From Sedimentisphaerales bacterium (GTDB lineage Bacteria > Planctomycetota > Phycisphaerae > Sedimentisphaerales > SM23-30): 64,000 bases of DNA. Below the pieces are notes generated by a model. The model ran no database searches. It had not been told where the DNA came from and saw only the letters and a list, made by a program, of their open reading frames with translations. The translations under genes were made by a program, and so were the position numbers. Shown one piece after another: positions 18,939 to 29,284 of this stretch. Within the stretch, counting starts at the first letter, position 1, and each line of letters begins with the position of its first letter. Location of the stretch: NCBI GenBank assembly GCA_963666285.1, contig OY762711.1. One strand, written 5' to 3'.

Positions 18939-20216
18939 TTATTTTTCGTGGGCGGTGAGGTCCTGCCAGGTTTCTCGTTTGCGGATGACCTTGACGTCTG
19001 AGCCGTCGACGAGAATTTCTGCGGCACGCGGCCTGGAGTTGTACTGGCTGGCCATGACGAAACCGTAGGCACCGGCGGTGAAGACGGCGAGCAGGTCGCC
19101 GCGTTTGACCGGCGGCATGAGCCTGTCCTGGGCGAGGAAGTCGCTGGACTCGCAGACCGGACCAACGACGTCGGTTTTGACAGTGCCGGGCAGAGCCATG
19201 ACATCGTCACGCTGTTTGGGCAGGAAGTCCGTGGTGACGGAAACGGGCCAGATGAAATGGAACGCTTCGTATAATGCCGGGCGGATGAGGTCGTTCATCG
19301 CCCCGTCGATAATGGCGAAGTTCTTTTCGCCGCTGGTCTTGGTATAGTTGACCTGAGTGACGAGAATACCTGCGTTGCCCATGATGGATCTGCCGGGCTC
19401 GAGTATGAGCTTGAGGCCGGTATCCTTTAGCAGCGGTACGATAGCCGCGGCGTAGTCTGCCGGGGTTGGAGACTGGCCGGTGATATAGTCGCTGGCATAG
19501 CCGCCGCCGATATCGAGTGTGTCGATCTCGAAGCCCTTGGCACGGAGAGCTTCGATCATGGTAAGTGTCTTTTTGATGGCCTGCACGTATGGGTCCGGTG
19601 AATAAATCGGTGAGCCGATGTGCAGGTGGATGCCGGCGATATGAATATTTTCGTTGCGGCCGTAGGTTTCGAAAACGTTAATGGCACGTTCGATATCGAC
19701 GCCGAATTTTGATTCCTTCTTGCCGGTGGTGGTGTATCTGTGGGTTTTGGGGTCGACGTCGGGGTTGACCCGAAGAGCACATTTGACCTTTTTGCCCATC
19801 TGTGATGCGATATCGATGATATTTTCCAGCTCGGCCTCCGATTCGATATTGAAATAGCCGATGCCCTGCTCGATGGCGTACCTGATCTCGGGGTCAGTCT
19901 TGCCGACGCCGGCGTAAACTACCTTTGAAGGGTCGGCACCGGCCTCAACGACGCGGAACAGCTCGCCGCCGCTGACGACGTCGAATGTTTCGCCAAGCCG
20001 GGCTACCATTTTGAGGATATTTATATTACTGCAAACCTTTACAGAATAACAGATTGTGGTATCGATACCCTTGAAGGCCTGCTGAAAATTCTTAATGTGG
20101 GATTTGATAGTGTTGGCACTGTAAATGTATAGCGGTGTGCCATGTTCGGCTGCGATCTGCTCAACCGGCACATCTTCGCAAAACAGCTTGTTGTCTTTGT
20201 ACTGGAAAAGGTCCAT
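18939..20216 (-). CDS. lysA: Diaminopimelate decarboxylase
   Basis: YSVK PLP lysine, DVVSGGEL, HLHIGS, EPGR, VGPVCESSD, GAYGFVMASQYNSRPR. Confidence 0.95.
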   Translation of the reverse strand: MDLFQYKDNKLFCEDVPVEQIAAEHGTPLYIYSANTIKSHIKNFQQAFKGIDTTICYSVKVCSNINILKMVARLGETFDVVSGGELFRVVEAGADPSKVVYAGVGKTDPEIRYAIEQGIGYFNIESEAELENIIDIASQMGKKVKCALRVNPDVDPKTHRYTTTGKKESKFGVDIERAINVFETYGRNENIHIAGIHLHIGSPIYSPDPYVQAIKKTLTMIEALRAKGFEIDTLDIGGGYASDYITGQSPTPADYAAAIVPLLKDTGLKLILEPGRSIMGNAGILVTQVNYTKTSGEKNFAIIDGAMNDLIRPALYEAFHFIWPVSVTTDFLPKQRDDVMALPGTVKTDVVGPVCESSDFLAQDRLMPPVKRGDLLAVFTAGAYGFVMASQYNSRPRAAEILVDGSDVKVIRKRETWQDLTAHEK

Positions 20217-20486
20217 GTTATTTTTCTCCGAAAAAAATCTAAAAGTGAAGAATGCGGTTTATGCTTCGCATCATATTGTATTTAGCTACTTTATGAAAAC
20301 ATAAAATGTTAATTCAGTCACTTTAAGTAAATTTAAGTGTCAGGTAAGGTTATATGCCTTCTGTTCCTGTAAATATCGTTTAAGTCGTTAATTATACAGG
20401 AATAAGTGGGAATTTCCAGAGGAAACTTATCTGAAGGATTAAGTAAAAAGGATGAAAATAGTTTGAAGCGAGAAGTAAGAAAAAGG

Positions 20487-21773
20487 CTAGAGGCAGAAGT
20501 AGAGAACAGAGAGGATTGTGATGATCCACATGGTTGGTTTGATATCAGCGAATCTGCCGTCTAATACGTGGATGATGGTGTAGGAGATGAAACCGAATGC
20601 CAGGCCGGTACTAATGGAATAGCTGAGAGCGATCATGACCATGATGATGAATGCGGGCAGGCCGTGTTTGAGATCGGAGAAGTCGATGTTGCGAACCTGT
20701 TTCATCATGAATAATCCGATCATAATGAGAGCACCGGCGGTGGCGTAGCCCGGCACGACGCCGACGAGCGGCACAATGAAGATAGAAAGTAAAAACAGGA
20801 TGCCGGTAATAACCGAGGTGAGGCCGGTTTTGCCGCCCTGCTCGATACCAGCGGCAGATTCGATATAAGATGTTGTAGTTGAGGTGCCGCAGGCAGCACC
20901 AAACATGGTAGCACAGGCATCGATAGCCAGAATGCGGTCCATCTTGTCGAGTTTGCCATTGTCGTCATTCAGTCCGGCAGCAGGAGCAACGGCAAGTACT
21001 GTGCCGATACTGTCAAACATATCGACGAAAACCAGGGTAAATATGCTGGAGAACATGCTCCATTTGAGGGCACCGGCGAAATCCATTTTTAGAGCTATAG
21101 ATGATATGTCAAAATTGCACTCGAAGAATTTTTCAGGCCGCTGAATATCGCCGAACAAGGCAGCAAGCAAAGTTGAGAAAGCGATGCCTGCTAAAAGAGC
21201 ACCTGGTACTTTTTTCATCTCGAGGATAATCATCAGGACCAGGCCAGCGAGCCCATAGAGGATGGTAGGTGATATTTTGGCAGCAGTGACAAGAGTTACC
21301 GGATGGTCGATAATTATGCCCAGGTTCTGCAGGCCGATGAAGGTGATGAATAAACCAATGCCGACCGAAATGGCAGAGACAAGAGAACGAGGGATCGCTT
21401 CGACGAGTTTCTTACGCAGTCCGGCGAGAGTGAGAATGAGAAAAAAAGCACCGGATAAGAAAACAGTCGCCAGTGCGGTCTGCCATGATACTTTTTGGGT
21501 TAGAACAAGCGTATAGGCAAAGAAAGCGTTCAGGCCCATGCCGGGGGCCATAGCGATAGGAGCGTTGGCAAACAGCCCGGTGGCAATTGTTGCGATAGCG
21601 GTGACCAGGCAGGTGGTGACGATTAATGCGGATTTGTCCATGCCGGTTTCGGAAAGTATGTTTGGGTTGACGAAGATTATGTATGCCATAGTCAGAAATG
21701 TGGTGAACCCGGCAATAATCTCTGTTTTGACTGATGTCTGATTTTGTTTGATATTGAAATATTTTTTGAGCAT
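20487..21773 (-). CDS. NCS2/AzgA-family purine permease
   Basis: TTFLTMAYIIFVNP, APGMGLNAFF, YIESAAGIEQGGKTG. Confidence 0.92.
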   Translation of the reverse strand: MLKKYFNIKQNQTSVKTEIIAGFTTFLTMAYIIFVNPNILSETGMDKSALIVTTCLVTAIATIATGLFANAPIAMAPGMGLNAFFAYTLVLTQKVSWQTALATVFLSGAFFLILTLAGLRKKLVEAIPRSLVSAISVGIGLFITFIGLQNLGIIIDHPVTLVTAAKISPTILYGLAGLVLMIILEMKKVPGALLAGIAFSTLLAALFGDIQRPEKFFECNFDISSIALKMDFAGALKWSMFSSIFTLVFVDMFDSIGTVLAVAPAAGLNDDNGKLDKMDRILAIDACATMFGAACGTSTTTSYIESAAGIEQGGKTGLTSVITGILFLLSIFIVPLVGVVPGYATAGALIMIGLFMMKQVRNIDFSDLKHGLPAFIIMVMIALSYSISTGLAFGFISYTIIHVLDGRFADIKPTMWIITILSVLYFCL

Positions 21774-21838
21774 TACGGGAATTCCGTTTCAGGCAAAATA
21801 AGTCATGACCGCATAAAAAAACGTGGAGTTAAAAACCG

Positions 21839-22843
21839 CTACAGCACAGATTCCAGGTCGATTTCGTTTAGTATGGTTTTGCGTGACCGGCTGTCGCGTG
21901 CGTGGGTGAGTATCTTTAGCGACTGGTCACGGTCGAAGCCCAGGTCTGAAAGGCCGGCAGGCAGCCCGACCTGCTGCATGAAGGTCTGAAGCGATTTAGT
22001 ATTTTTTTTGTGCAGCTTCAGGATGAGAGGTGTAGCGGCTCCAACCTGTATGCCGTGGTAGGTAGATTTTTCAGGGTATAGCTCGTCAATAGCATGGCTG
22101 ACGGCGTGTTCGGCACCGCTGCACGGGCGGCTGCTGCCGGCGATCTCCATGGCAAGACCGCTGATAACCAGGCAGTATGCAAGCCGGCTGATGAAATCCT
22201 CAGAGCCAAACTCATCGGGATCGAGAGCAAGCAGCATGTCGCAGCTCATCATAGAGAGAGTGCGAGCAAAATCGTTGATATATTCGTTGTATTTCTCGGC
22301 GGCCAGCTGCCAGTCAAGCAGGGCCGACCTGTTGGAGATGACATCGCCTATGCCTGAACGGATGGCATCTTTGGGGGCAGATTTGACGACAAGCGTGTCA
22401 ACAATGATACCCATAGGTATGTTACCGTTGGCCCTGATGCGTTTTGACTTATCGGAAAGAACGATAACGGGTGAATATATGCCGTCATTGCTGAGTGCGG
22501 TTGGAATGGACAAGAAGTTCATCGCGAGTCGGGTAGCGGCATACTTGACAACGTCGATAACCTGTCCGCCCCCTACCGCTAAAATAAGGGTATCGGGCGG
22601 GCATGACTCCAGATGCTTTATAAGTCGGTCAGCCTCGGGCAGGCAATAATTCTCTATCAGAAACACATCGCTGCAACTGCCATCAATATGAGTCGTAACG
22701 ATATTTTTTAGATCCGGCATGGTAACAACCAGCTTATTGGGAAAGCTGAGGTTATGCCTGGAGATGATCTGGTCTATCTGGCCGAGGACTCCGGGGCCAA
22801 TAGTGAGAATAACCGGTAATCTTGTCGCGTGGGTAAAAAGCAT
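21839..22843 (-). CDS. Glycerol-1-phosphate dehydrogenase-like protein (EgsA/AraM family)
   Basis: GGGQVIDVVK, PTALSNDGIYSP, SRPCSGAEHAVSH, HGIQVG. Confidence 0.8.
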   Translation of the reverse strand: MLFTHATRLPVILTIGPGVLGQIDQIISRHNLSFPNKLVVTMPDLKNIVTTHIDGSCSDVFLIENYCLPEADRLIKHLESCPPDTLILAVGGGQVIDVVKYAATRLAMNFLSIPTALSNDGIYSPVIVLSDKSKRIRANGNIPMGIIVDTLVVKSAPKDAIRSGIGDVISNRSALLDWQLAAEKYNEYINDFARTLSMMSCDMLLALDPDEFGSEDFISRLAYCLVISGLAMEIAGSSRPCSGAEHAVSHAIDELYPEKSTYHGIQVGAATPLILKLHKKNTKSLQTFMQQVGLPAGLSDLGFDRDQSLKILTHARDSRSRKTILNEIDLESVL

Positions 22844-23233
22844 TGTAATAAAATTGTATCAGGTTTTAACAGGAAACTAAATTATAACAAATAATACTAA
22901 TACACCTGATTAAAACCTTAAATAGTTAGAAGTTAGAGGTTAGCAAAAAGATGTTTATAAGGTTCTCGCTAACACTCGTGCTAATTAAACAATCCAAGGT
23001 TGGGATTATAACAGAAAAAATGAGAGTGAGCTATAAAAATGCCTTAAATGGCACAATATTTGCGAAAAGTACATGGTAAGAGGCAATATAAGCCTTTTAT
23101 TGATAAATTACTGAAAGATATGTACTTAAAATAAATATAGAGAGAGTAGAAATAGGTACATATCTGTAGTTTTTGTTAACTTTTGTGAAATATTTGTAAC
23201 TTTTGTTTCAGATTGTGAAAGAAAACAACATAT

Positions 23234-23647
23234 ATGATAAGTGCAAGAAACCAGATAAAAGGAAAGATAAAAAGCATATCTCGCTGCACAATAAACGCAG
23301 AGATTATTATTATCACCGATAGCGGGCTGGAAATTTCATCAATTATCACCGCAGGCAGCTGTGTACAACTGGGACTGGAGCCAGGTATGGAGATAATAGC
23401 GTTGATAAAGTCTTCAGACGTTATGGTTGCTGTTGGCAATGGATTTCATATAAGCACAAGGAACAATATCCCGGGTAAGGTAAAGAAGATCACCGGCGGG
23501 ACAGTGAGCGATGAAGTTGTCATTGACGCAGATGGAACAGAACTGGTATCGGTGATAACCGAAGCCAGTGTAAAGAGGCTGCAGCTGGTTGAAGGAATGG
23601 AAGTGTCAGCTTTGTTCAAGGCATCAAATGTTTTGATAATCAGCTAG
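23234..23647 (+). CDS. Tandem TOBE/Mop molybdate-binding protein
   Basis: Two SARNQ/STRNN..SxIT..S...LGL repeats; upstream of modABC. Confidence 0.9.
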   Translation: MISARNQIKGKIKSISRCTINAEIIIITDSGLEISSIITAGSCVQLGLEPGMEIIALIKSSDVMVAVGNGFHISTRNNIPGKVKKITGGTVSDEVVIDADGTELVSVITEASVKRLQLVEGMEVSALFKASNVLIIS

Positions 23648-23725
23648 TTACTCAAACTGCCCGATGGTCAGCTTGAGAAGGATTAGGTATTTTTTTGTAT
23701 TAGACAAAAACAGGAAGAAATCAAA

Positions 23726-24511
23726 ATGAGAAGAGTAAAAAGAAATATTAAACTGGATATTTTTGCAATCTGTGTAATAATGGTGGCATTTATAGGCAGC
23801 TGCGGGAAGAACAAACAAGAGGCATCGGCGAAAATCCAGGTATTTGCCGCAGCCAGCACAACTAATGCAGTAACTGACATTGCCAAGGAATTTACTGCTT
23901 CGACAGGAATTGAAGTTGAAACTAATTTTGCGTCATCATCGACACTGGCACAGCAGATAGAAACCGGTGCAGAAGCCGATGTGTATATTTCTGCCAACCA
24001 GAAATGGGCAAATTACCTGGAAGAGAAAAAACTATGCCAGGAGCGAAAGACATTACTTGGCAACAGGATAGTAATAGTCGTTCCAGCGAAATCGGAAATA
24101 GCAGGAGATTCGCCAGAGATACTGCTGGGAGAAGAAATCAAGAATATTGCGATGGGTGATCCAAGCCATGTGCCAGCGGGCAAATACGGGAAGGAAGCAT
24201 TGGAGAAACTTGGGCTATGGGAGAAATTATCGACAAAAGTGACAGCGGCCAAAGATGTACGCTCAGCCCTGGCATACGTTGAAACCGAGGCAGCAGAAGC
24301 CGGAATAGTGTACTCGACAGATGCAGCGATAAGCGACAAAGTGAAAGTAATATATAAATTTCCGCAAGGAGCAACCAACCAGCCGATATCGTACCCGGCA
24401 ATGATATTGAATAAATCTGCTGAGCCGGAAAATGCGAAGAAATTTTTCGAATATCTGCAAGATGAAAAAGCAGATGAAATCTTCAAAGGATATGGATTTA
24501 TGATTAACTGA
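23726..24511 (+). CDS. modA: Molybdate ABC transporter substrate-binding lipoprotein
   Basis: FAAAS, FASSSTLAQQIETGAEADVYISAN, VPAGKYG, VYSTDA. Confidence 0.93.
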   Translation: MRRVKRNIKLDIFAICVIMVAFIGSCGKNKQEASAKIQVFAAASTTNAVTDIAKEFTASTGIEVETNFASSSTLAQQIETGAEADVYISANQKWANYLEEKKLCQERKTLLGNRIVIVVPAKSEIAGDSPEILLGEEIKNIAMGDPSHVPAGKYGKEALEKLGLWEKLSTKVTAAKDVRSALAYVETEAAEAGIVYSTDAAISDKVKVIYKFPQGATNQPISYPAMILNKSAEPENAKKFFEYLQDEKADEIFKGYGFMIN

Positions 24512-24610
24512 CCTAAACCGACCGATGGTAATTTTGAGCGGCATCAGGTGCCGAGTAAGGTATAAAAAAGGATAGCTGCGAAGCGGCGAACATAAGTTAA
24601 CAGAAAAACA

Positions 24611-25288
24611 ATGATATTAAGTCCGGAAGAATTTAGCGCTCTTAAGCTGAGTACGATATTTGCCTTGTCGGCAGCAACGCTGGCGATAGTGCCAGCGATA
24701 TTACTTGGATACTGGCTGGCACACAGCCGGGCAAAGTGGAAATGGATCGTAGAGGCAGCAGCCAACCTGCCGCTGGTTTTGCCGCCAGTGGTGACGGGAT
24801 ATGTATTACTACTTTTACTGGCACCTTCGGGAATAATAGGAGCATTGTGCGAGAAGCTAGGTTTCAAGATAATCTTTACCCCCTACGCCGCGATAACAGC
24901 CGCAATGGTAGTAAGTTTTCCGCTGGCAATGCGAACAACTAAGCTGGCATTTGAATCGATAGACAGCAAGATCGAGCAAACAGCAAGGACACTGGGGGCA
25001 ACGCGGCTTGAGGTATTCGGCCAGATATCATTACCACTGGCAAAATACGGCATATTAGGCGGCTGGATGCTGGCGTTTGCCAGAAGCCTGGGTGAGTTTG
25101 GGGCAACGATAATGATAGCAGGAAATATTATCGGTAAAACGCAGACAATACCACTGGCAATATTTTCAAAAGCAACTCAACCCGGCGGAATCGAGCAGTC
25201 ATGGCGACTGGTGATACTTTCGATAATAGTGTCATGTATAGCGATAGCGATAGGCGAAAAACTAGGCAGGAAGCGAAAATGCGGTTAG
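24611..25288 (+). CDS. modB: Molybdate ABC transporter permease
   Basis: LPLVLPPVVTGY, FARSLGEFGAT, TQTIPLAI. Confidence 0.95.
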   Translation: MILSPEEFSALKLSTIFALSAATLAIVPAILLGYWLAHSRAKWKWIVEAAANLPLVLPPVVTGYVLLLLLAPSGIIGALCEKLGFKIIFTPYAAITAAMVVSFPLAMRTTKLAFESIDSKIEQTARTLGATRLEVFGQISLPLAKYGILGGWMLAFARSLGEFGATIMIAGNIIGKTQTIPLAIFSKATQPGGIEQSWRLVILSIIVSCIAIAIGEKLGRKRKCG

Positions 25289-26049
25289 ATATAAAGTGCC
25301 AACATAGATTTTCAAATCATTTTGAGATCAATGTCGATCTAGCCTGTGATGTGCGCGCGATGGCAATATTCGGCCCTTCCGGCAGCGGCAAAACAACAAT
25401 GCTTTCGACTATGGCCGGAACCTTTACACCCGGCATCGGTAAAGTTTATGTAGATGAGCAAACATTACTGGATACGGAGAACAAAATATTTGTGCCGCCG
25501 GAAAAGCGGTCTATAGGAGTAACTCCTCAGCATTCACTATTATTTGAGCATATGAATGTACGCAGCAACCTTGAATATGGAATGCCTAAAAACCGGAAAT
25601 GGAAGCAAAAGTCATCGCTGATATGTAAACGAGAGATCAAATTTGATGATGTCGTTGAAATACTGGAACTGGAAAAACTGCTGGACAGGACACCGGATAA
25701 TTTATCGGGAGGCGAACAGCGGCGCATAGCAATAGGCCGAGCACTGCTAAGTCAGCCCCGTATGCTAATACTGGATGAGCCGCTATCGGCATTAGACGAA
25801 AATTTGAAAATGCGTATAATGGAATATCTGAAAAAAGTAATAGACCACTGGCATATTCCAACGATAATAATAACTCACAGTAAAGCCGTAGTGCATGCGC
25901 TAGCCGACAATGTGATCATTGTAGATAATGGCCACATTATTGGCATAGGCTCTCCAAGTCGAGTACTACCAGTTAAAAGAAACGGCTGTACCGATTACGG
26001 CAATAATCTGATCAAACAGTTGTCGCAGCAGGAATATAACCTGAGCTGA
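25279..26049 (+). CDS. modC: Molybdate ABC transporter ATPase (start moved to MRLDI, overlapping the modB stop)
   Basis: GPSGSGKTT, LSGGEQRR, LDEP; no C-terminal TOBE domain. Confidence 0.88.
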   Translation: MRLDIKCQHRFSNHFEINVDLACDVRAMAIFGPSGSGKTTMLSTMAGTFTPGIGKVYVDEQTLLDTENKIFVPPEKRSIGVTPQHSLLFEHMNVRSNLEYGMPKNRKWKQKSSLICKREIKFDDVVEILELEKLLDRTPDNLSGGEQRRIAIGRALLSQPRMLILDEPLSALDENLKMRIMEYLKKVIDHWHIPTIIITHSKAVVHALADNVIIVDNGHIIGIGSPSRVLPVKRNGCTDYGNNLIKQLSQQEYNLS

Positions 26050-26074
26050 CATTAAAGCACTTAATAACAACTGA

Positions 26075-26686
26075 TTATACTAAAACCCCGGCCTTGCGAG
26101 TTGACAGGTATGACTGTTTGCCGGCTTTTTCAGAATCAGAAATAATATAGTCCCTGTATTGTTCGAGCTTATCTTCAGAAGTAACAATACGATCAATAGC
26201 TTCATAATGCCAGAGATGATATCCCATGAAACCAGTAACCCTGTTGATTTCATTACTGGAGTATTGTTTCCAGCTCTGAACAATCTTATCAACGGTATTT
26301 TTACCCTGCGGAATAAAAATAACATGAACATGGTTAGGCATAATAACCCAGTAGTCCAGCTGATACTGTTCCTGGTCGAGATGTCTAAGAGCATCAACCA
26401 CAATAGAATTACATTCAGGACGCCTTAGAATACATCCGCCATGACTATCATCAAGCCAATTTTCAATCTTCTGATTGAACTGTACATCGTATTCTTCCTG
26501 TTCGATTTCATTATAAGGTTTAGTATGAACCGCCATCCACTGCTGGCGAGCGAGATGCAATTTGTGCAGATCATTAGCCGGAATAGCATCAGCCAGTCTG
26601 AAAGTCACGAAATAAATATTCTGGTTATCACTCCAACTCGAACCATCCTGCTCTGCATCAATTTTGCTTTGAAAGAAACTATTCAT
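26075..26686 (-). CDS. REP-associated tyrosine transposase (RAYT)-like HUH protein, divergent
   Basis: YFVTFRLADAIP, WVIMPNHVH, IVQSWKQYS; likely start MNSFF at 26686. Confidence 0.75.
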   Translation of the reverse strand: MNSFFQSKIDAEQDGSSWSDNQNIYFVTFRLADAIPANDLHKLHLARQQWMAVHTKPYNEIEQEEYDVQFNQKIENWLDDSHGGCILRRPECNSIVVDALRHLDQEQYQLDYWVIMPNHVHVIFIPQGKNTVDKIVQSWKQYSSNEINRVTGFMGYHLWHYEAIDRIVTSEDKLEQYRDYIISDSEKAGKQSYLSTRKAGVLV

Positions 26687-26885
26687 TTTTGTACCCCGCA
26701 TTTTTAAAGTAAGTATTAATAATTCGGCTTCAGGTAACGTAGAAAACGCATAAAGAAACTGAAGCAAACAGATCACAAAATATATTAAAACACTAATAAA
26801 AAAGACCTGGTGAAATCTCCGTTTTAAGGAATCTCGACCAGATCATGATGACTTGCAAGGTAAAAGAAAAATTGGCCGAGATTCA

Positions 26886-27785
26886 TTAGTTCGGCCAGTC
26901 TCCGGTAAACACCTCCGTTGCCGGGCCGGTCATATAAACAGGACCATTATCACGGTCCCACATCAGGTTGAGGTCACCGCCGGGCAAATGAGCGAGAATC
27001 CGGCACGACGAGTTACCGGTAAGAACACCAGCAACACATACCGCCGAAGCGCCAGTCCCGCAGGCAAGAGTGATTCCACTGCCGCGTTCCCAGGTGCGCA
27101 TAATAACTTCACCAGGCGAAACAACCTGGACAAAATGCACATTTATCCTTCGTGGGAAAAGAGGATGGTTTTCGAAAGCCGGCCCTATCTTATCCAAATC
27201 AATAGCAGCAACATCATCGCAATAGACCACCGCATGTGGATTGCCCATGGAAACGCAGGTCGTCAGCCATTTATGGCCAAGTACCTCAATTTCCGAATTG
27301 ACAATGTTGTCACCGTCAAGAGAAACAGGAATATCAGCAGGAGTCAGAATTGGAAGTCCCATGTTAACACATGCCTGCTGAACAAGGCCGCCGGACGAAG
27401 CAATAGCAATAGGCAAAACACCATTGCCGGTAAGTACTTCGATAATGCCGAAATTGTCAGCGAGAGGACAAGATTTTTTGAGGGATTCTTCCATAATTGG
27501 CTCACTAAGCGGCCTAGCACACACTAAGCCTTTATCGATACTATACTTAGCAACACATCTGACAGCATTTCCGCACATTTCAGACTCACTGCCGTCTGCA
27601 TTGAACATTCTCATTTGTACATCAGCTTTATCGGTCGGGCAAATAAGAACAAGCCCATCAGAACCAATGCCGAAATGTCTATCACTTACGGCGATTGCCA
27701 GTGATTTAGCATCAGGAACCTCTTGATTGAAGCAATTAATATAAACATAATCATTGCCGGCTCCATGCATTTTCGTAAATATCAT
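26886..27785 (-). CDS. dapF: Diaminopimelate epimerase
   Basis: FTKMHGAGNDY, EMCGNAVRC, SMGNPH, WERGSGITLACGTGA. Confidence 0.96.
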   Translation of the reverse strand: MIFTKMHGAGNDYVYINCFNQEVPDAKSLAIAVSDRHFGIGSDGLVLICPTDKADVQMRMFNADGSESEMCGNAVRCVAKYSIDKGLVCARPLSEPIMEESLKKSCPLADNFGIIEVLTGNGVLPIAIASSGGLVQQACVNMGLPILTPADIPVSLDGDNIVNSEIEVLGHKWLTTCVSMGNPHAVVYCDDVAAIDLDKIGPAFENHPLFPRRINVHFVQVVSPGEVIMRTWERGSGITLACGTGASAVCVAGVLTGNSSCRILAHLPGGDLNLMWDRDNGPVYMTGPATEVFTGDWPN

Positions 27786-28170
27786 CGTTAGATCCTTACC
27801 TTATTAATAAGATTTAACTATAGTTTATTCTACACCAAAAATATCAATTACGCAAAGAAATAATCGATATTTTTCATATTTTTTCACTCAAGATTCAAAA
27901 CACAAGTGAGTTTTTCTCGCAAAACGGTTGCAAAACCCAGCAAAAAGCCAGATTGTAACCATAAATAATACAATAATACCAAAAATATCAAAATATTGAT
28001 TCTATGCCTGTTACCAGGCGATCAATATTAGCTAAATATTGGGCTAAGTATTTTAATATATTATATTTCACTTGCAAAGTAATAAAAATAAAGGTTTAAT
28101 CTATGTTTCAAAGTGCCGGGGTATAAAGCCCCAGACAGATAACCAGTATATCATAGAAAGGATTTTGTGA

Positions 28171-29109
28171 ATGAGTAACCATTTTGCTGACAGGCTTACC
28201 CAGGCGATAAAGGACAAAGGCACTTGCGCTGCAGTTGGCATCGACCCAGTTTATGACAAGCTACCTAAAGCATTAATAGAGAGAGCTGACCTTAACGATC
28301 CTAAAGATCTGCCGGCTGCCCTGGATGCGATAGTTGAATTTTCAACAAAGGTAATGAAAATAGTTGCACCGATAGTCCCTGCAGTAAAGATCAACATAGC
28401 ATTCTTTGAGAAATACCTCTGGGAAGGTGTAGAGAATTATTATTCACTAATCCAAGAAGCCGAAGCCCTAGGCGTAGAAGTCATAGGCGATGTAAAACGC
28501 GGTGACATTGGCTCAACCGCAGAATCCTACGCAAAAGGCCATGTCCAGAATTGCGATTTTGTTGACATGGAATACATTGTAGCAGCAGATGCAATAACAG
28601 TAAACGGTTTTGCCGGCATTGACGGAATCAAACCATTTGCAGATACAGCAGCAGAAGAAGGCAAAGGCATATTTGTCTGGACAAGAGCATCCAATCCATC
28701 AGCCGGTATTCTACAGGACTTTGCAGATGCAGAAGGCAAGAAATTCTGGGAACTAATGGCAGAACAAGTTGCCTTACTGGCCTGTGAAAATGCTTACATG
28801 GGCAAATCAGGTTACAGCTCTGTAGGAATGGTAATAGGCGGCACAACAGCTGAGCAGACAAAATCACTGAGAGAAAGATACCCGCACATTATATTCCTGG
28901 TTCCGGGCTATGGCGCCCAGGGAGCCAGTGCAGAAGACTGCAAGAAATTCTGCAAAGAAGATGGCACCGGGGCAATTATACCGGCATCAAGATCAGTAAT
29001 ATATGCCTTTAACGATCCGAAATATTATGAAACCTATGGTGCAGCAAACTGGGAAAAATGCATTGAAAAAGCAGCCTTAGACATGAAAGCAGCTTTACCA
29101 TCATCATAA
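28171..29109 (+). CDS. pyrF: Orotidine-5'-phosphate decarboxylase
   Basis: VGIDP, AVK, DVKRGDIGST, LVPGYGAQG, SRSVIYA. Confidence 0.95.
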   Translation: MSNHFADRLTQAIKDKGTCAAVGIDPVYDKLPKALIERADLNDPKDLPAALDAIVEFSTKVMKIVAPIVPAVKINIAFFEKYLWEGVENYYSLIQEAEALGVEVIGDVKRGDIGSTAESYAKGHVQNCDFVDMEYIVAADAITVNGFAGIDGIKPFADTAAEEGKGIFVWTRASNPSAGILQDFADAEGKKFWELMAEQVALLACENAYMGKSGYSSVGMVIGGTTAEQTKSLRERYPHIIFLVPGYGAQGASAEDCKKFCKEDGTGAIIPASRSVIYAFNDPKYYETYGAANWEKCIEKAALDMKAALPSS

Positions 29110-29143
29110 CCCAAAAGCCCAGGTTACAAATATATAACTTATC

Positions 29144-29175
29144 AAAGCCTTGCCTGTTTACAGGTAAGGCTTTTT
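29144..29175. terminator. Rho-independent terminator after pyrF
   Basis: AAAGCCTTGCCTGT-TT-ACAGGTAAGGCTTTTT hairpin with T run. Confidence 0.75.
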
Positions 29176-29284
29176 ATACATATATAGTATGATTTTTTAC
29201 GATCGCTCGGAAAGTAAGCAATGTTATACCACGCTCGAACGGGCATTTTCAACTGCTATGGGTAAAGCCTGTCCCAACACACTG

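Noticed and set aside
26853..27527. Long antisense ORF over dapF, and similar shadow ORFs over modA, aspA and the V-ATPase genes
   Set aside because: Shadow frames of well-supported genes with no motifs of their own.
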